Below are positions 28,872-32,000 of a stretch of DNA of 32,000 nucleotides, piece after piece. Location: the NCBI GenBank assembly GCA_900234795.1, contig LT962688.1, positions 210,001-242,000 on the forward strand. The letters are read 5' to 3'. The position numbers and the translations under genes are program-made. The DNA is from Methylorubrum extorquens (GTDB lineage Bacteria > Pseudomonadota > Alphaproteobacteria > Rhizobiales > Beijerinckiaceae). Positions within the stretch are counted from its first letter, which is position 1, and every line of letters starts with the position of its first letter. Under the pieces are notes generated by a model that was given only the letters and a program-made list of their open reading frames with translations, did not search any database and was not told where the DNA came from.

Positions 28872-29486
28872 TCAGGACCGCACCGCGACAGCGATGGCTG
28901 CCCCCGCCATCACCGTGCCAGCGCCGCGATTGACCGCCCGCCTTGCGCCGACCGAGACGAAGAGACGTCGAACCCGGATTGCGGCAACCGCGTAGGCGGT
29001 GAGCGTCGCGCCGAGAACGGCCACGATGGTCGCGGCGATCTCGATCATTCCGAGCGGCGTCAGATGCTCCAGATCGATCACGGTCGGCAGCAGCGCGAGG
29101 AAGAACAAGACGACCTTCGGGTTGCCGAGCGTCAACGCCAGGCCACCAAGAAAGAGCCGCGCCCCGCTCTCGCCGTGCACGGGCTCACCCGAGATGGGCT
29201 CGACTTGTGCAGTCCATGCACGCCACGCGAGGTAGGCGAGATAGGCTGCGCCGAGATAGCGGATGCCGATGAAGAGGGCGGCAAAGCTCTGAGCGAGCAG
29301 GGCGAAGCCGGTCGCTGCGATCGAGAACCACAGCAAGTCGCCGACGAGGAAACCCGCGATGAAGGCGGGAACGCCGCGGGTTCCACGCGCCAGCACGCGG
29401 GCGACGAGGGCGAAAACACCCGGCCCCGGTGAGGCAACTGCAACCGCGTAGACGGCAGCAAAGAGCGCGAGGCTCGATAGCGGCAT
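28872..29486 (-). CDS. LysE/RhtB-family amino-acid exporter
   Basis: 204 aa from the ATG at 29486 (MPLSSLALFAAVYAVAVASPGPGVFALVARVLARG). It is a multi-TM protein with the typical LysE N-terminal SPGPG motif, and it starts 7 nt after the recF stop. Confidence 0.85.
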   Translation of the reverse strand: MPLSSLALFAAVYAVAVASPGPGVFALVARVLARGTRGVPAFIAGFLVGDLLWFSIAATGFALLAQSFAALFIGIRYLGAAYLAYLAWRAWTAQVEPISGEPVHGESGARLFLGGLALTLGNPKVVLFFLALLPTVIDLEHLTPLGMIEIAATIVAVLGATLTAYAVAAIRVRRLFVSVGARRAVNRGAGTVMAGAAIAVAVRS

Positions 29487-29493
29487 TGGCGCT

Positions 29494-30653
29494 TCAACCG
29501 GCGTCCGACGCGACGATGCGCCCGTCTGCAATGTTAACCATATCGGCCCGGCCTTCCAGCTCGGCGAACAGAGCCGGGTCGGCGCCCGTCATCCAGACCT
29601 GCCCCTCCAAGGCTTCGAGCGCATCGAACAGCCCGCCGCGGCGGCGCGGATCGAGATGCGCGGCGACCTCGTCGAGGAGGATGACGGGCGCGAGCCCGCT
29701 CATCGCGCGCACCAGGCGGGCATGGGCGAGCACGAGGCCGATCAGCAGGGCCTTCTGCTCGCCGGTCGAAGCGGTGGCGGCGGGCACGTCCTTGGGGCCG
29801 TGGCGCACGACGAGATCGGTGGTCTGCGGCCCAATCAGGGTGCGGCCGGCCGCGCGGTCGCGGTGGCGGCCCTGCATCAATGCCCGGCGAAAGCGATCCT
29901 CCGCCTCCAAAGCCGGCCAGACCGCGACGAGATCGTCGAGGTCGCCCTCCAGCCGGAGCGAGGCCCAGGGGGGAAGGGCGCCGCATCGTCCCGCGTCTCG
30001 GCGATGAGCCGATCGAGGCGCTCCACCGTCTCACGCCGGGCCAGCGCCACGGCGACGCCGAGTTCGGCCACCTCGCGCTCGACCGCATCGAGCCAGCGGC
30101 CGTCATCCGGCCGCTCGTCGAGCAGGCGGTTGCGCGAGCGCAGGGCCCGCTCCATCGCCGAGACGCGGGCACCGTGGCCGGCATCGACGGCGAGCACGAG
30201 CCGGTCGAGGAAGCGGCGCCGGTCACCGGCCGCGCCGCGGAACAGCCCGTCGAAGTCCGGCGTCAGCCAGACGATCCGCAGGAATTCGGAGAAGGCGACG
30301 GGGGAGGGGGTGTTCGCGCCATCGATCCGGCAGACCCGCGTGCCGCGCCCGTCATAGCCCGGCGGCTCGTAGCCGGACCCGAACCGGTGCTCGGCCTCCG
30401 AGGCTTCGAGGGTCGCCGACACAGCGAATCCGCCCGGTCCGCCGACCCGCGCCATGGTCGCGAGATCGGCCCGGCGCAGGCCGCGACCGGGGCAGAACAG
30501 CGAGACCGCTTCGAGGATGTTCGTCTTGCCCGCCCCGTTCTCGCCAACCAGCGCCACGAAGCGGCGGGTGGTGGCAAGATCGAGATCGACGTGGTTGCGG
30601 AAGTCGCGGGCGATCAGGCGGGTGAGGCGGGGGCCTCCCGGCAGTATGTCCAT
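29494..30653 (-). pseudogene. recF: DNA replication/repair protein RecF, with the frame broken at the G6 run 29968-29973 as sequenced
   Basis: The N-terminal part is in the dnaN frame (MDILPGGPRLTRLIARDFRN.., Walker A GENGAGKTN, ..LIAETRDDAAPFP). The C-terminal part is ORF 29494..29910 and its upstream extension (WASLRLEGDLDDLVAVWPALEAEDRF.., signature STGEQKALL, Walker B VILLDEV). The two are joined by a 1-nt deletion or 2-nt insertion in a C-run on the coding strand. Confidence 0.85.
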
Positions 30654-30698
30654 GTGAGCGATATATCCGATCCGGCCGCGGCCGGAAGCGGACTCACA

Positions 30699-31817
30699 CA
30701 CGCGCATCGGCATCAACACATAAAGCGCCGGGGCGCCGTCGCGGTCCTGGATCAGCGTCGGCGAGCCCGGATCGGCGAGCTTGAACAGGGCCGTATCGCC
30801 CTGGAGCTGCGCGGTGATATCGAGCAGGTAGCGGGCATTGAAGCCGATATCGAGGGCGGAGGCCTCGTAATCGACATCGAGTTCCTCGGTCGCCGAGCCG
30901 GCATCCGGGTTGGTCACGGACAAAGCGAGGCGCCCCTCGCTCACAGCGAGCTTCACGGCGCGGCCGCGCTCGGAGGAAATGGTCGAAACGCGGTCCACCG
31001 CCTTGGCGAAGGCGTCGCGCTCCACCGTCAGGCGCTTGTCGTTGCCGGTGGGAATCACCCGCTGATAGTCAGGGAAGGTGCCGTCGATCAGCTTCGAGAT
31101 CAGGATCACGCCGCCCGCAAACGTCAGGCGGATCTTGGCCGGGGACAGCTCGACCTGCACGCTCTCGCCGCCATCGTCGACGAGCTTCTGGATCTCGGCG
31201 ACGGCTTTACGCGGCACGATGATGCCCGGCATGCCGCGGCTGCCCTCGGGCGCCTCGGTCTCGACGCGTGCGAGCCGGTGCCCATCGGTCGCCACCGCGC
31301 GCAGCTTCAGCGCGCCCTCGACCTCGAGGGTGTGGAAGTAGATGCCGTTGAGGTAGTAGCGCGTCTCCTCGGTGGAGATCGCGAACTGCGTCTTCTCGAT
31401 GAGCTGCTTCAGCTCGGCCGCCGCAATGGCGAACGAATGCGGCAGCTCGCCCGCGGCGAGATCGGGGAAATCGCCCTCCGGCAGGGCGCCCAGCGCAAAG
31501 CGCGAGCGGCCGGAACGGATCGTCATCTGGCCCGTCTCACCGGAGGTCTCCAGCGAGACCTGCGCGCCTTCGGGTAGCTTGCGAACGATATCGTAGATGA
31601 CGTGGGCCGGCACCGTGGTGGCGCCGGCATCGAGCACGTCGGCGGCCACGGTCTCGGTCACCTCGATATCGAGGTCGGTCGCCTTGAGCTGAAGGCCGTT
31701 CTCGCCGGTGCGCAGCAGGACGTTGGAGAGGATCGGAATCGTGTTGCGCCGCTCCACCACCCGGTGCACGTGGCCGAGCGATTTCAGGAGGGCCGCGCGC
31801 TCGACTGTGACTCTCAT
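30699..31817 (-). CDS. dnaN: DNA polymerase III beta sliding clamp. There is no in-frame stop after the canonical C-terminus.
   Basis: 373 aa from MRVTVERAALLKSLGHV.. to the canonical ..YVLMPMRV end (Val codon at 30699-30701). The next codons are TGT GAG and the ORF then continues in frame into recF (tracked as one 646-aa ORF, 29877..31817). A TGA lies out of frame at 30694-30696. Confidence 0.95.
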
Positions 31818-32000
31818 CGGAAAACCCGTCGTCTCTTGAACAATCGGCCCGCCCGCGGTCGATCAGGCCGGATAAGGATATCGCCCACCCAACGCCCGTG
31901 CGACCATCGCGACCGGAGAAACGGTCGGCGACCGGACGTTTCGCAAGGCACTCCGAAGCGGAACGGGGCCGGCAGCTTGGCGAAGCGCCCCCGCGAAGGC

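Noticed and set aside
28626-29432. 268-aa plus-strand ORF
   Set aside because: Apart from the short VapB-like N-terminal stretch (from 28692), it is the antisense shadow of the LysE exporter gene.

Overview
This is a high-GC chromosomal window. I infer a Methylobacterium-like alphaproteobacterium from protein families and composition only; no search was run.

Gene content from left to right:
- The 3' part of a T2SS secretin gene (gspD).
- A complete biotin-independent malonate decarboxylase operon on the minus strand, in the order mdcA-C-D-E-G-B-H. It faces a divergent MadM-like transporter remnant and a GntR/FCD regulator.
- A tail-anchored SDR and a DUF2252 protein.
- A double-domain KaiC-like ATPase whose stop overlaps the start of a pseudo-receiver/PAS/HisKA/HATPase/REC hybrid kinase.
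- A TM plus coiled-coil hypothetical protein, an SMP-30 lactonase-like protein and a TrxB-like flavoprotein.
- The conserved grxD-bolA-purL block.
- A membrane alpha/beta-hydrolase-like protein.
- A DNA-metabolism-rich segment (23-32 kb): recD2, an uncharacterised possibly annealase-like gene, recQ, a LysE exporter, recF and dnaN.

No rRNA, tRNA, CRISPR array, transposase or integrase was recognised.

Most notable observations:
1. The AT-richer intergenic region at about 26.04-26.41 kb carries an alphaproteobacterial LexA-type box (GTTC-N7-GTTC) directly next to two perfect tandem DnaA boxes. These lie upstream of the uncharacterised gene that precedes recD2.
2. A low-GC islet encodes a small secreted protein whose signal peptide has no canonical start codon.
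3. The stand-alone KaiC / pseudo-receiver kinase pair has no kaiA or kaiB nearby.
4. Four reading-frame breaks all sit in G/C homopolymer runs: one in gspD, two in recD2 and one in recF. In addition, dnaN has lost its in-frame stop at a (GT)3 repeat and reads into recF. These may be assembly or sequencing indels rather than biology, and they need read-level confirmation.
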